Positions 46,085 to 57,557 are shown, counted from the stretch's first letter. The stretch: DNA of 64,000 bases from Verrucomicrobiota bacterium (GCA_038214755.1 JBBQRQ010000002.1:64001-128000), one strand, 5' to 3'. A program made the numbers and translations. The notes: a model not told the origin generated them from the sequence alone.

Positions 46085-48412
46085 TCATTCCTGGGGATAA
46101 AGTAAAATCCGATCATGCACCAAAAGAATGAGGTCGTTCTTTCCGTCGCCGGTCACGTCGGCCACGACCGCTTCCCGCGGCTCAGCCAGATCATTGCGAC
46201 GGGAACGGAATGTTCGCTCTTCAAACACGGGCCACCGATTCGCCGGAACAAGCTGATGGGGCGCTTCGAACAAAACCATGTCCACGTAATTTCTGGCTGT
46301 CTCCAGAAAGACCAGGTCTTTGCGTCCGTCATTATTTAGATCTCCAGAAATCACATCATTCAATCGGCCGTCCTTGATCGGGGTTTCGTAGCCATCCAGT
46401 TCGGAAAATTCCCACGTTTGACCGGAAAGTTTCATCCACGCGACTGAATTATTTCCGAGAAAAGCGACGCTATTGGCGTTGGTCGATTTCAAACCGATAC
46501 TTTGCAACTCGGCGAAATCCGTCACGGGCAGAAAAATATTTCGCAACACCTGCCACACGCCGGCCTTGTCCCGCTCCGAAAGCGTCAACGCCTTGCGTTC
46601 CGCATCGAGCAAAAACAGAGATGGAATTTTATTAGTCCCATTGAGCAAAGGAGTCGCCCCGACGATTCGCGAATTACTCGACGCGCCGTTGATCTGTTCC
46701 TTGACTACAAACGACCACGATGGACGGGCCGCCGTGCCTTTATTTTGCGTATCGGATTTCAACACGACGGCGCGCAAGAAATTTTTCTGGGCGAGAAGCA
46801 ATTCCGGTTTGCCATCTCCATCCACGTCCGCCGCGCTCAACCACGGCTGTTCGACCGCGCCGCCCGGCGGGACAATGTCCTGCTCGTCAAAACTTTTTCC
46901 GGACACTTGCAATAAAATCTTAATTTTTTCATACGGAATTAAAATCACCACATCAGGAAGTCCATCCTGATTGACATCGTGAATGGCCATCGCGCTCGGA
47001 TTGGATTTGAAAGTTTCGCTCAGACGCTGCGTGCGAATTTTTTCATCCGCTGTCCGCGTCACCAACACGCGGCGGCTGTCCTGTTCCAGAACGACGGCCA
47101 AAACCGGTTTTCCTTGCTGATCGATTTTCCCAACCGCCATGGCCAGCGGTTTTCCCTCAAACGGAAGAATGGTGGGAAAGGCAATTCGACCGCTCTTGTC
47201 CAAATGCGTCACTCCAATTTGCCGCTCGTCCGCGCTCAAAAGAAAAATCTCCATCACCCCATCTCCATCCCAATCGGCGACGGCCAATGCGCTGACGCCC
47301 GTCAAGGTGGGAAATTTTTTCGCAGCGCCCAGCGTCCCATCGGGCTTTTGAAAATAAACGGTGAGTTGTCCGCTGTCCGGTTCGCTCACAAGCAAATCGG
47401 CCAGCTTGTCGCCGTTGATGTCCGCCCAAAGAATTCCGCGATGGGCGCGACTGGTTTTATTCAGGGGAAGAACCTGAAATTGCCCTTTGCGAAAACTTTC
47501 ATTCAATGGCTCGGCTGGTTTCAAAACGAAATTGGAAACCTGCGCGCGCCCGGAATTTTGCGCGATGGTGATGATTTCCGTTTTGTGGTCTCCATCCAAA
47601 TCGTCCGCCCAATACGAACGAATCGCCGGCAACGCAAAATGGATTTCTGGACCGAGTTGCCCATCCGCATTTTGCAAACGAAAACGAAATGGGTTTGGGC
47701 TGTCCCAGTTGACCAGTAACAAATCTTCGCGACCATCCCCATCGACGTCCAAAACTTGAATCGCTTTGACCACGTCAGTGAATGGAATTTTCTCCGGTTC
47801 ACCCAAAGTTTTATCCTCGTTCTGATAAAATGCGTAAATGTGACTGTCGCCGAGCAAGAGCAGATCCGTTCGGCCATCACCGTTCAAATCGCCGGTGATC
47901 AACGCATTCTGTCCGAGTTGCCCATCCTCAATCGGCCAGCGCTTCGACGCGCTCCAGCCATTGGTGCCTTGGTTATATTGCACGACCAACTCTTTTGGAT
48001 CGCCGTAGTAAGCGAGATCCGGCCGCTTGTCTGCGTTCAAGTCAGCGACGACCAGCGCCGAAATTCTTTTTTCCGATGCGATGGAATCGATGCGAAAACG
48101 CGAGCCAGGCGGCAGCTCATTCAATTCTCGTTTAAAGCTGACGCGGTGAGGAATAGCGGAAGTGCTTTGTCCGGTTTGATTGTAAAGCAAATTTATCTTG
48201 GAGCGTGAATTGTTGACCAAAATTAAATCAATCTTGCCATCTCCGTCCAAATCCGCCTCGTGCAACATTCCAATTTGATTATCAATTGGGAAAATTTCCG
48301 GGCCGCTAAATCCGAATCGGTTGAGGTTTGTCTCGGCGTGAAGAGAAAAAGTTTTTGCGCAACAGAGCGCCGCGAGAAAAATAATTTGGGATTGAAATTT
48401 GACTTTTAACAT
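46085..48412 (-). CDS. FG-GAP/VCBS repeat protein
   Basis: Many DxxGDGxxD loops; signal peptide. Confidence 0.9.
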   Translation of the reverse strand: MLKVKFQSQIIFLAALCCAKTFSLHAETNLNRFGFSGPEIFPIDNQIGMLHEADLDGDGKIDLILVNNSRSKINLLYNQTGQSTSAIPHRVSFKRELNELPPGSRFRIDSIASEKRISALVVADLNADKRPDLAYYGDPKELVVQYNQGTNGWSASKRWPIEDGQLGQNALITGDLNGDGRTDLLLLGDSHIYAFYQNEDKTLGEPEKIPFTDVVKAIQVLDVDGDGREDLLLVNWDSPNPFRFRLQNADGQLGPEIHFALPAIRSYWADDLDGDHKTEIITIAQNSGRAQVSNFVLKPAEPLNESFRKGQFQVLPLNKTSRAHRGILWADINGDKLADLLVSEPDSGQLTVYFQKPDGTLGAAKKFPTLTGVSALAVADWDGDGVMEIFLLSADERQIGVTHLDKSGRIAFPTILPFEGKPLAMAVGKIDQQGKPVLAVVLEQDSRRVLVTRTADEKIRTQRLSETFKSNPSAMAIHDVNQDGLPDVVILIPYEKIKILLQVSGKSFDEQDIVPPGGAVEQPWLSAADVDGDGKPELLLAQKNFLRAVVLKSDTQNKGTAARPSWSFVVKEQINGASSNSRIVGATPLLNGTNKIPSLFLLDAERKALTLSERDKAGVWQVLRNIFLPVTDFAELQSIGLKSTNANSVAFLGNNSVAWMKLSGQTWEFSELDGYETPIKDGRLNDVISGDLNNDGRKDLVFLETARNYVDMVLFEAPHQLVPANRWPVFEERTFRSRRNDLAEPREAVVADVTGDGKNDLILLVHDRILLYPQE

Positions 48413-48627
48413 CGTTGTCGTCACGCGCAAAAATTGCCATCGCTCCCCCCGCTTCGCCAGCCATTTTGTAGCAGCGCGTCTTGGAAAGGGGTGAAGGCGG
48501 TCCGTTGCCTCAGGCGAAAATGACATTGTCAAACTGGAGGATGAAAAGGAAAGAGAGCCTCTACCACGCAATTCTCTCGACATCGAACGGACAAACTTTA
48601 AAAGGAAAACAAACAAGGAGAAATTCT

Positions 48628-48891
48628 ATGAAAAAACGAAATGCGGGTTTGTTGTTTATTTGCGGCGCGCTGTTTGGACTTTCGATTGCGCTTTGCCTGG
48701 GCGCAGTGGAAAAAGCCAAAGACGCGCCGAGGAAAGATTGGTCGCAATTGAAGTTCGTGGCGTATCCGAATGGAGGCACCGGTGTCTTCGATCCAGAGAC
48801 GGCGACGATCTACGTTTACGATTCCGATTTGCGCGGATGCTATTTGATTCGGCAACTGGGCACTTTGGGTCAGCCAATGAGACGGCCTTAA
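48628..48891 (+). CDS. Small exported hypothetical protein
   Basis: AAGGAG RBS, hydrophobic N-terminus. Confidence 0.65.
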   Translation: MKKRNAGLLFICGALFGLSIALCLGAVEKAKDAPRKDWSQLKFVAYPNGGTGVFDPETATIYVYDSDLRGCYLIRQLGTLGQPMRRP

Positions 48892-48892
48892 T

Positions 48893-49085
48893 CGTAACTA
48901 TTCAGTAGAGAAAGGTTGCTCGCCTCACCCTAACGCTCTCCCCCGAGGAGAGGGAACTTGGAATCATCATCACGCTCGATCAGTCACTCAATGGTGAACA
49001 TTTTCCAGCACTCAATATATTCTCCCTCTCCTCGGAGGAGAGGGCTGGGGTGAGGTCGAGCGTTTCTTTCCAACGAATAGTTACG
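48893..49085. repeat. Palindromic MITE-like element
   Basis: CGTAACTATTC/GAATAGTTACG ends; CCTCACCC..GAGAGGGA inner arms. Confidence 0.7.
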
Positions 49086-49260
49086 GCCTTAGCCATATCT
49101 ATTCAGTCGGAATTCAACGGAAAGACAGAAGGTGGACACCGCCTCACCGGAGCCGACAACTGGCGCTGACCAAACAGTGACGGCCGAGATTGCCAGCAAA
49201 ATTTTTCGAACCTTTGCGCCTTCGCACTTTCTGCGTCTGTGCGTTAAAAGTCTTCGGGCG

Positions 49261-49485
49261 TTAATGTCCGTTCTTTTGCACCTTGCTCCTTCTGCCCGGG
49301 CGAACTGACACGACATGCAATGGATCAATGATGTCAAGAAATCCGTTCTGGTGCTCCACAACGATGTTGTGCCTACCTATGAGCACGAATTCAGAATGAG
49401 GAACGGAATATTCGTTACCGTCAGAAGTACGAATTAGGAACGGCCCTCGACCCGACAAGTTTTGGCGAATGAGTTCGCGATTCAT
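49261..49485 (-). CDS. Small hypothetical protein
   Basis: PFLIRTSDGNEYSVPHSEF ORF downstream of prfB. Confidence 0.6.
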   Translation of the reverse strand: MNRELIRQNLSGRGPFLIRTSDGNEYSVPHSEFVLIGRHNIVVEHQNGFLDIIDPLHVVSVRPGRRSKVQKNGH

Positions 49486-49538
49486 AAGATTTTATTCGCA
49501 GTGGAATGAGACAGGGTCAAGCCTTCTGTTTCCTGGAG

Positions 49539-50685
49539 TTATTCCTCTTCATCCTTCACACCCTGAATTCGTTTCGTCGGGCAACCGGCGCGCAACCACG
49601 CGTTGACGTATTGATCCAGATCGCCGTCCATCACGCCTTGCACATCACTCGTTTCCACTCCGGTGCGCAAATCTTTTACCATTCGGTAGGGTTGAAAAAC
49701 ATAACTGCGAATTTGATTTCCCCACGAGACGCTGCCTTTTTCGCCGTAAAATTTTTCCATGTCCGCCTTCTGCGCATCGACGCGTTGCGCATAAATTCGC
49801 GAGAGCAAAAGCGTCATGGCCGTGGCGCGATTCTGATGTTGCGAACGCTGGGCTTGGGAGGCGACCACCAGACCGGTGGGAAGGTGCGTGATGCGAACAG
49901 CGGTTTCGACTTTGTTGACGTTTTGTCCGCCTTTGCCGCCCGACCGAAATGTATCAACTTGAAATTCGTTCGGCGGGATTTGCAGGTCGGATGACGTTGC
50001 TTCAATTTCGGCAATGGCATCGACGCTGGCAAAACTGGTGTGGCGTCGCTTGTTGGAATCGAATGGAGAAATGCGCACCAGCCGATGCACGCCGCGTTCG
50101 GCTTTGCAAAACCCGTAGGCGTTTTCACCCTGGACGAGCATCGTCACGCTTTTGATTCCGGCAGTTTCTCCGGCGAGCGCGTCGGTGATTTCCAGTTCCC
50201 AGCCACGCGATTCGCACCAGCGCTGATACATTCGCAAAAGCATGTTCGCCCAATCGCAGGATTCAGTGCCGCCCGCGCCGGCGTTGATGCTGAGGATGCA
50301 ATTATTTTTGTCGTGTGGCCCGTTGAGAAAAACTTTCAACTCAGCGGCTTCGAGTTCGCGAAAAAATTTCGCCAAATCAATTTCAAGTTCTTTTTCGATT
50401 TTGGCTTGGGACGCTTCGGATTCACCCTCGCCCAATTCGACCATCACTTGAAAATCTTCGAGTTGTTTTTCCGCTTTGAGGAGCGGCTCGATCTTTTTTC
50501 GCAGGATGCTCGCTTCGTCGAGGGTTTTTTGCGCTTGCTCGCGATTGTTCCAGAAATTGTCCTGGGCCATCACGTCGTCCAACTCCATCAAACGTTTCTG
50601 CGTATTGGCGACGTCAAAGAAACCTCCGCAGGTGGGCGAGTTTTTCCGAGGCGTTGGTCAACTGGGCTGAGATCGTTTCGAACAT
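49539..50685 (-). CDS. prfB: Peptide chain release factor 2 (programmed +1 frameshift)
   Basis: MFETISAQ..RRFL then CTT TGA C at 50613-50619 with upstream GGAGG; SPF and GGQ motifs. Confidence 0.97.
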
Positions 50686-50736
50686 GCGGGAAATTTACAG
50701 GAGTCCGGGACGGGAGACCAGCGCGAAGACCCCGGG

Positions 50737-51017
50737 AAATCCGAATTCCGAAATCCGAGAGCCGAAAGAAATCCGAAGCCCGAAGACTAAAAGTGCTGCG
50801 GAACGGTCGGGTCGCAAAGCGCTTTTGCGGTCGTTGGCGCGGACCGGAAGTCGTTTTCGGTGTTCGGATTTCGGCGTTCGGATTAAACCATCCGCCGTCG
50901 TGATAAGATCGGAGCGCGCGGCTTCAGCCCGCTTCACTGTTCGAAGTTGTGCGGCTTTATAAAAAATCTGGGGCGATGGATGGTCGCGAGTTGAAGCGGC
51001 GTTGAACGCCGCGCTCC
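50737..51017. repeat. Heptamer hairpin (AATCCGA)n plus GGAGCGCG-type inverted repeat
   Basis: AAATCCGAA../..TTCGGATT arms at 50737-50885; GGAGCGCG..CGCGCTCC at 50911-51017. Confidence 0.65.
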
Positions 51018-51090
51018 ATTGCCAGCGATCCGCGTCAATTCAGCAGACAATTAGATTGAAACTTCACGCCGCTTGCCGCAAAAAATTCTC

Positions 51091-51504
51091 ATGGCAAATC
51101 CACTTCCAGAATGGCGCTTCGTTTCCTTCGATGAAGCGGAGGTCGAACTTCTGCCCGGTAAAACGCATTATTGGTTTTGCAAACCCGGCATGGTGCGCGA
51201 CACCAATTTGATGTTCGTTCGCGCGCAACTCCCTCCCGGCGAAGCGCACAAATTTCATTTTCATCCGAAGATGGAGGAAATTCTTTACATCCTTTCCGGC
51301 ACCGCCGAGCAATGGGTGGAGCGCGGAAAAAAAACCATGCGCGCGGGCGATTCACTTTATCTCCCCGCCGGAATTGTGCATGGCACTTACAACGCGGGCG
51401 CCGACACGCTTGATTTTTTAGCGATCCTTTCTCCCGCAAAAAGCGAAGGGCCCGTGACCATTGAGGTCGGCGGGGAAAAACCGTGGAGCACGTTGCGAAA
51501 ATAA
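51091..51504 (+). CDS. Cupin-domain protein
   Basis: HKFHFHPKMEE..GDSLYLPAGIVH. Confidence 0.85.
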   Translation: MANPLPEWRFVSFDEAEVELLPGKTHYWFCKPGMVRDTNLMFVRAQLPPGEAHKFHFHPKMEEILYILSGTAEQWVERGKKTMRAGDSLYLPAGIVHGTYNAGADTLDFLAILSPAKSEGPVTIEVGGEKPWSTLRK

Positions 51505-51666
51505 TTTGATCCGTTTTACGGATGGTCGTCCTTGAAAGGGTCGCGAATGCGTTTGCCGTGATCGTCGGACACAATCACTTCTGCCGATCACGGGCGAGAA
51601 CTGCGAGCATAACGGTGCCCGGAATCGAACCCTGTGGTCCTCCGCAGACGTCTCAAACTTAAAACG

Positions 51667-52755
51667 TCATCCCAAAATTCGTTTGCCTTCGCTGAGGAAA
51701 ATTCCCTGGAAATTCATTTCCAGCGCTTGTGCGTTCGTGGCTTTGGCCAGCGCTTCTTCGCGTGAAACTTTTCCTTGTTGCACGAGCAGCAATAACGATT
51801 GATTGAAATTCAACATTCCATCGTCGGTGCCCGTCTCGATGGCGGCGGGCAGTTTATCGAGGCGATTTTCTTCAATCAATTTTCGCACGGTGCCAGTGTT
51901 CAAAAGAATTTCCTGCGCGGGTGTCATGCCACCGGCGAGAGTGGGAACCATGCGTTGGCAAACCACGGCCTGCAAAGTTCCGGCGAGTTGGCGGCGGACC
52001 TGTTCGCGTTCCTCCGCTTTGAAGAAATCCAGGATGCGGTTGACCGACTGCGCGGCGTTGGTCGTGTGCAACGTCGAGAGCACGAGATGCCCGGTGTCCG
52101 CCGCGCTCATCGCCGCGGAAAAACTCGTCGCGTCGCGCATCTCCCCGACCATGATGATGTCCGGGTCCTGACGCAAAACATGTTTGAGCGCGTGCTCGAA
52201 CGACAAGGTGTCCAACCCAACTTCGCGCTGTTCGATGATCGATTGATTGTCTTCGAAAACATATTCAATCGGGTCTTCCATCGTGATGATATGTTTGCGG
52301 CTGTTGGCGTTGATGTATTCGATCATGGCGGCAAGCGTCGTGGATTTGCCGCAGCCTGTGGAGCCAGCGAGCAGGACGATGCCGCGCGGCGATTGCGCAA
52401 TTTTTTTCAAAACTTCCAACAAGCCGAGTTCTTCAAAAGTGGGCACTTGCGTTTTGACGAAGCGCATGGCGAGACAATATTGACCGCGCTGTTGAAAAAG
52501 GTTTGTGCGGAATCGTCCGACGCCGGGGAGGAAATAGGAGAAATCAATTTCGTGATCTTCCTCGAGACGTTTTGTCAAATGTTTGGGAACGATATTGTCC
52601 ACGACCGTTTGCATCCACGGCGCGGTGGGAGCGGGCGCTTCGATGGCGACTAAGTTGCGGTTGATGCGAAAGACAATCGGGTTGTCGATTTTGATGTGAA
52701 CATCGGAAGCGCCGCCTTCGACAGCGGTGGTTAAAATGCGTCGAAAAATTTCCAT
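51667..52755 (-). CDS. pilT: PilT/PilU type IV pilus retraction ATPase
   Basis: ASDVHI, GSTGCGKSTT, EDPIE, LRQDPD..GEMRD, TGHLVLSTLH. Confidence 0.92.
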   Translation of the reverse strand: MEIFRRILTTAVEGGASDVHIKIDNPIVFRINRNLVAIEAPAPTAPWMQTVVDNIVPKHLTKRLEEDHEIDFSYFLPGVGRFRTNLFQQRGQYCLAMRFVKTQVPTFEELGLLEVLKKIAQSPRGIVLLAGSTGCGKSTTLAAMIEYINANSRKHIITMEDPIEYVFEDNQSIIEQREVGLDTLSFEHALKHVLRQDPDIIMVGEMRDATSFSAAMSAADTGHLVLSTLHTTNAAQSVNRILDFFKAEEREQVRRQLAGTLQAVVCQRMVPTLAGGMTPAQEILLNTGTVRKLIEENRLDKLPAAIETGTDDGMLNFNQSLLLLVQQGKVSREEALAKATNAQALEMNFQGIFLSEGKRILG

Positions 52756-52816
52756 GCGAAAACTTTAGCAGACCCACGCGAGCGTGGGCAAATAGAACTC
52801 GTCGGCCATCCGTGAC

Positions 52817-53078
52817 GGAGCGCCGGTTTGCAACCGGCTTTGCGTCAATGCGCCGAGACCAAGCCGGAACGATTCAGTTCGCTACGTGCCAGAGCGGCGA
52901 CGGGCTGATGGTGCGAAGGAGCGCGGAATTTATTCCGCTTCCGGGTGACACGCTGTTTGGTGCGCGGTGATCGTAAGTCGTGTTCGAGTTGAAGCGGAAT
53001 AAATTCCGCGCTCCGGTCTTTGGACGTTGCTGTCTCAGTTGAATCGGTTCGGTTAAGCCGGTTGCAAACCGGCGCTCC
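52817..53078. repeat. Two-layer nested GGAGCGC inverted repeats
   Basis: GGAGCGCCGGTTTGCAACCGGCTT/AAGCCGGTTGCAAACCGGCGCTCC enclosing GGAGCGCGGAATTTATTCCGCTTC/GAAGCGGAATAAATTCCGCGCTCC. Confidence 0.8.
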
Positions 53079-53216
53079 GAGAGGTTTGCGACTTTGCCGC
53101 TCTGTGCGTTGGCGCTGCGAAAGATGACAATACTGTAATCGCGGTGTCATTGACGGTTCATCCTGAATCTGCAAATTTTGCGTTCGCCATTCGTGATCGG
53201 GAAGATTTCAGATGTT

Positions 53217-54476
53217 ATGAAAAAAATAATTTTTATTCTTTGTGCGGGCGCTGTTGGATTTGTTTTCGCGTGGACAATGGTTTCGCAACGTTCTGCGCAA
53301 ACACTCCTGCGCGAACGGGCACTTTGGGAGAATGAGAAGTCCGCTTTGCAGACGGGGTTGGACAGCGCGCGCAGCCGTAAAAGAGCGGCTCCATCGGTGA
53401 TTGAGAAAACGAAATTCGTTGGCGTGAAAGAAGAAATTAGTCCGCGCGAAATCATTGACCGCCTTCAGAAAATTAAAATTTCCTCCGGCGTCGGCCAGAA
53501 CAAAAACACCCGCCTCGCCATTCACCAGTTTGAAATTCTCATCGCGCTCGGCCCATCCGCGCTGCCGGCCATTCGGGAATTTCTGCTGCGCAACGAAGAG
53601 ATCGATTACGAATCAGGGTTCAATAAAAAAGAGTCCAAAGATGGAAAGATGGCGACGGATTTTGTGCTGCCGCCGTCGTTGCGCTTTGGTTTGTTCGACG
53701 CGGTGAAACAGATTGGCGGAAGCGACGCGGAAAAATTATTGGCGGAAATTTTGGGCGGGACCGGGCGCGGCGCAGAAGTCGCCTACCTCGCTCGCGCCTT
53801 GCAGGAAATGGCCCCGAACAAATATCGCGACATCAGCCTCCATGCCGCGCGCGAATTGCTCTCCGCTCCTCTCGCCGCCAACGCGTCCGGCCTCGACAAA
53901 TACGACCGCGAATATCTTTACGGCGTGTTGGCCCTCTACGGCGATGCCAGTTTGACCGCGCTGGCGCAGACTCAATTGATTCGTTCCGATGGCGGGATTG
54001 ATCGCGGCGCGTTGCAATATTTGCAGCAGACGATGGGCGTGCAAGCCTTGCCGGCGATTGCCCAAGCTTATCAGGACGCGACTCTTGATCCGTCGAAAAA
54101 AGAGCCGCTCGTGCGTTACGCGTTGAGTTTTGCCGGCGCGGATGAGCAGGCCACTGCGTTCTGGCACAAAGCGATTACCGATCCCGCCTTGCCCTTCGGC
54201 CAACGCCGCGAGTTGATTGAAGACTTGAATCAGGACGGTTTTCAAAATGAAAAAAATCCGACGGCGCGAGATGCGCAACTCATCGCCCAGCGGCTGGCGC
54301 TCGTTGATCAACTTCATAATGAGATTGATAATCCCGTTCTTAAGGACGCCTGGAGAGAAGCGGGTAAAGATTTGCAGAACATGGGTCTGAAATATCTTTC
54401 CCAACCTGAAGCGCCCTACGCATTGGGAAAAGATTTAAAAGATTTGCGCCTCAGATTGTCCCAAACAACTCCGTAG
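53217..54476 (+). CDS. Membrane-anchored helical hypothetical protein
   Basis: N-terminal TM helix, long ORF. Confidence 0.7.
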   Translation: MKKIIFILCAGAVGFVFAWTMVSQRSAQTLLRERALWENEKSALQTGLDSARSRKRAAPSVIEKTKFVGVKEEISPREIIDRLQKIKISSGVGQNKNTRLAIHQFEILIALGPSALPAIREFLLRNEEIDYESGFNKKESKDGKMATDFVLPPSLRFGLFDAVKQIGGSDAEKLLAEILGGTGRGAEVAYLARALQEMAPNKYRDISLHAARELLSAPLAANASGLDKYDREYLYGVLALYGDASLTALAQTQLIRSDGGIDRGALQYLQQTMGVQALPAIAQAYQDATLDPSKKEPLVRYALSFAGADEQATAFWHKAITDPALPFGQRRELIEDLNQDGFQNEKNPTARDAQLIAQRLALVDQLHNEIDNPVLKDAWREAGKDLQNMGLKYLSQPEAPYALGKDLKDLRLRLSQTTP

Positions 54477-54497
54477 AACTGTTTTAATAAAACCATT

Positions 54498-55202
54498 ATG
54501 AATCACAAAACTATTGCTTCGCTTCTGTTGGTTGCCGCTGCTCTCGCTCCGACCACAAATTTCGCCAAAGAAAAAAAAGAGAGTTGGAAAGATAATCTCA
54601 CTCCGCCCGATGAAAAATTTTCCAGCACCGGCCGCAATACTTATTTCATTCTGGAGCCGGGCTATCAACTCGTGCTCGAAGGCGAGGAGGATGGAAAGAA
54701 AACCGTGTTGACCATCACCGTTCTCAACGAGACGAAAAAAATTGACGGTGTTGAAACGCGCGTCGTCGAAGAAAATGAAAAGATGGACGGCAAAGTCGTT
54801 GAAATCTCCCGGAATTATTTCGCCATCGGTGTCGATACAAAAAACGCCTATTACTTCGGCGAAGACGTGGACATTTACAAAGATGGCAAGGTTGTTCACG
54901 AGGGTTCCTGGCACGCGGGCGAGAATGGGGCAAAACATGGGATCATGATTCCCGGCGAACTCAAAGTCGGCGACCGCTATTATCAGGAGCGCGCTCCGAA
55001 AATCGCGATGGATCGCGGAGAGAATATTTCCATCACTGAAGCGGTGAAAACTCCCGCGGGCGATTTCAAAAATTGTTTAAAAGTAAAAGAAACCACACCC
55101 ATCGAACCTGGCACCGAGTATAAACTTTATGCGCCAGAAGTCGGTTTAGTGGTGGAGGGCGAATTGAAGCTCGTTAAACACGGCTTCGTGAAAAAGCCTT
55201 AA
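54498..55202 (+). CDS. Secreted hypothetical protein
   Basis: Signal peptide; YYFGEDVD, TPAGDF, YAPEVGLV. Confidence 0.75.
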   Translation: MNHKTIASLLLVAAALAPTTNFAKEKKESWKDNLTPPDEKFSSTGRNTYFILEPGYQLVLEGEEDGKKTVLTITVLNETKKIDGVETRVVEENEKMDGKVVEISRNYFAIGVDTKNAYYFGEDVDIYKDGKVVHEGSWHAGENGAKHGIMIPGELKVGDRYYQERAPKIAMDRGENISITEAVKTPAGDFKNCLKVKETTPIEPGTEYKLYAPEVGLVVEGELKLVKHGFVKKP

Positions 55203-55373
55203 AATTTTTTGCTTGGTTCCGTAGCCGCCGCCGCTGGAACGCCGATCTACTGATCGGCTCGTGGCCAGCGAAACGTTTCTTCCGAGCCGATCAGGAGATC
55301 GCCGTTCCTACCGGGCCTTGGCTGCGATGGCCGGTGGGCGACCAAGACCTCCACTCACGTCATCGGCTGCCTG

Positions 55374-56045
55374 CTACGCTTCCGGCGTGAATCCCATCAC
55401 GATATCGAAACGCGCGGCGAGTTCGTTGGCGCGCGAATTTTTCATTGGGACAAATGGGATGATGACAGATTTTTTTGCTTTCGCGTCTTTGATGGCGTTA
55501 AGCACAAAATCCTTTTCGTTCTGAGCTTCTCCCGCGACGTAGCATTGCGTCGTGAATTTTTCCCGCCCTTTAAGTTTCACCGCGTAATGAATGTGCGGAG
55601 TTCGACCAGGATATCGAACAGGTTTGATCGTGCGAAAAAGATATTCGCCCGTCGAGCCGGTGAAAAATCGTCCGAACCCCTGAAAGTTTGTGTCGCGCGT
55701 TTCATGCTGGTTACTGCCGCTGTGTAAATAAACGCCGTTCTTGTCCGTCTGCCAAATTTCGACGAGCGCATTGCGAATGGGGTCGCCGCGAGAATCGAGT
55801 ATTCGCCCACTCAAATAGGTGACCTCACCCACCGCCGGAGTCACCGAGTCGTTGACGATGACGAGATCGTTGTCGGTGTCGAGAGGAAGATGGTCGGGAT
55901 AGAAAGGGCCTTCGGTTTGGCGCGGTGTGCGAACCAGCTCCTCCGCGAACGCGCCCGGAACCGTGAGGAACAGCGTGGCCCAAGAAAGTTGCCCGATGAA
56001 CTTTCGTCGATCCTGGTTGGGAAGATTTTGCGTGGTGGTATTCAT
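55374..56045 (-). CDS. Intradiol ring-cleavage dioxygenase-like protein, Tat-exported
   Basis: RRKFI Tat motif; TEGPFYP, EIWQ, RTPHIH. Confidence 0.85.
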   Translation of the reverse strand: MNTTTQNLPNQDRRKFIGQLSWATLFLTVPGAFAEELVRTPRQTEGPFYPDHLPLDTDNDLVIVNDSVTPAVGEVTYLSGRILDSRGDPIRNALVEIWQTDKNGVYLHSGSNQHETRDTNFQGFGRFFTGSTGEYLFRTIKPVRYPGRTPHIHYAVKLKGREKFTTQCYVAGEAQNEKDFVLNAIKDAKAKKSVIIPFVPMKNSRANELAARFDIVMGFTPEA

Positions 56046-56107
56046 AATTCCACCATAGCGAAAAATGAAATCACTGCGAGAAAATTTATGACTGCAAAAA
56101 CGCGGGG

Positions 56108-56355
56108 GGGGTAGCATCTGCCTCCGGCGGGTGCGAAAATTCTTCATTCAATAATTCTGGCCCGCCAATTCGTAGCGCAGCTTTGCAAGCTGCCGTATCG
56201 CAGGTTTCAAACCTGCGTGAATTTAAACGTTCAAACGCGCCGGGTTTTTGGAACGTCTTGCCGGTTACAAACCGGCGATACGGCAGGATGCAATCCTGCG
56301 CTACGCTCTGAACATCGAAAGTGAATTCGCACCCGCTGGAGGCAGATGCTACCCC
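56108..56355. repeat. Two-layer nested GTAG repeats
   Basis: Outer arms match 45921-46079; inner arms (56171-56305) match the 28252/28630 family. Confidence 0.8.
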
Positions 56356-56407
56356 GATAAAAATCTTCTCTTGCCTTATCCGCTCCTGGTCAATTCTCAT
56401 GCTGCCG

Positions 56408-57088
56408 ATGAAGAAATATTGTTCCGAATTTCTCGGCACTTTCGCGTTGGTCTTCGCCGGAACAGGCGCAATCGTCATCGATCAAGTCAGCCACGGGAGC
56501 GTCTCGCACGTCGGGATTTCGCTCACCTTTGGGCTGATTATTCTGTCGATGATTTACACCTTCGGCGATGTCTCAGGCGCTCATTTCAATCCGGCGGTCA
56601 CGATTGGTTTTTGGGTGGCGCGCCGTTTGGAAGGGCGATTCGTTTTGCCGTATATCGTCAGCCAGTGCCTCGGCGCAATAACGGCCAGCATCGTGTTGCG
56701 ATTACTGTTTCCAAAAAATATTTTACTCGGCGCCACGATGCCCGCAGGCACGGACTGGCAATCGTTTGTTCTGGAATTTATTCTCACATTTTTTTTGATG
56801 CTCGTCATCCTCAACGTCTCCACCGGCGCGAAAGAAAAGGGCGTGACGGCCGGCATCGCCATCGGTTCAGTGATCGGGTTGGAAGCGATGTTCGCCGGAC
56901 CGATTTCCGGCGCGTCAATGAATCCCGCCCGCTCGCTCGCGCCCGCGATTGTCTCCCGCCACCTGGAACATCTCTGGATTTATTTGGCCGCGCCGATTCT
57001 GGGAGCGATTGCGGCGAAGTTCGCTTGCCAATGCGTCCGCGAACAAAATTGCTGCACGGCCTCATCGAAAATTCCATCGGATGAATAA
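56408..57088 (+). CDS. MIP/aquaporin-family channel
   Basis: [10 protein letters not shown] and GASMNPARS. Confidence 0.9.
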   Translation: MKKYCSEFLGTFALVFAGTGAIVIDQVSHGSVSHVGISLTFGLIILSMIYTFGDVSGAHFNPAVTIGFWVARRLEGRFVLPYIVSQCLGAITASIVLRLLFPKNILLGATMPAGTDWQSFVLEFILTFFLMLVILNVSTGAKEKGVTAGIAIGSVIGLEAMFAGPISGASMNPARSLAPAIVSRHLEHLWIYLAAPILGAIAAKFACQCVREQNCCTASSKIPSDE

Positions 57089-57536
57089 GATTTTAAAACC
57101 AACCGTTCTCATTCTTTGCACGGGAAATTCCTGTCGCAGCCATTTGGCCGAAGGAATTTTGCGAGCGAAAGCGGGCGACCTTCTCGACGTGCAAAGCGCG
57201 GGCAGCAAACCCGGCGGTTGCGTCCATCCTCTCGCGATCAAAGTGATGGCGGAAATCGGGATTGATATTTCGCAACACCGCTCCAAGCACCTCGATCAAT
57301 TTCTGGATAAAAAAATTGAGACGGTCATCACCGTTTGTGGAAACACGGATCAAGCGTGTCCAAATTTTCCGGGACAGGTGAATCGTCACCATTGGAGTTT
57401 TTTCGATCCGGCAACAGCGGAAGGAACGGAGGCAGAGAGATTAAGAATCTTCCGGCAGGTCCGCGACGAAATCCAACGGGTCTTCGAAGCCTACGCGGCT
57501 GGTCGCCGTGATCAGATCGAAGCGCAGGCGAGATAA
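57081..57536 (+). CDS. arsC: Thioredoxin-type arsenate reductase
   Basis: [22 protein letters not shown]. Confidence 0.85.
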   Translation: MNKILKPTVLILCTGNSCRSHLAEGILRAKAGDLLDVQSAGSKPGGCVHPLAIKVMAEIGIDISQHRSKHLDQFLDKKIETVITVCGNTDQACPNFPGQVNRHHWSFFDPATAEGTEAERLRIFRQVRDEIQRVFEAYAAGRRDQIEAQAR

Positions 57537-57557
57537 TTTTTCGAGCGAAAGAAAAGA

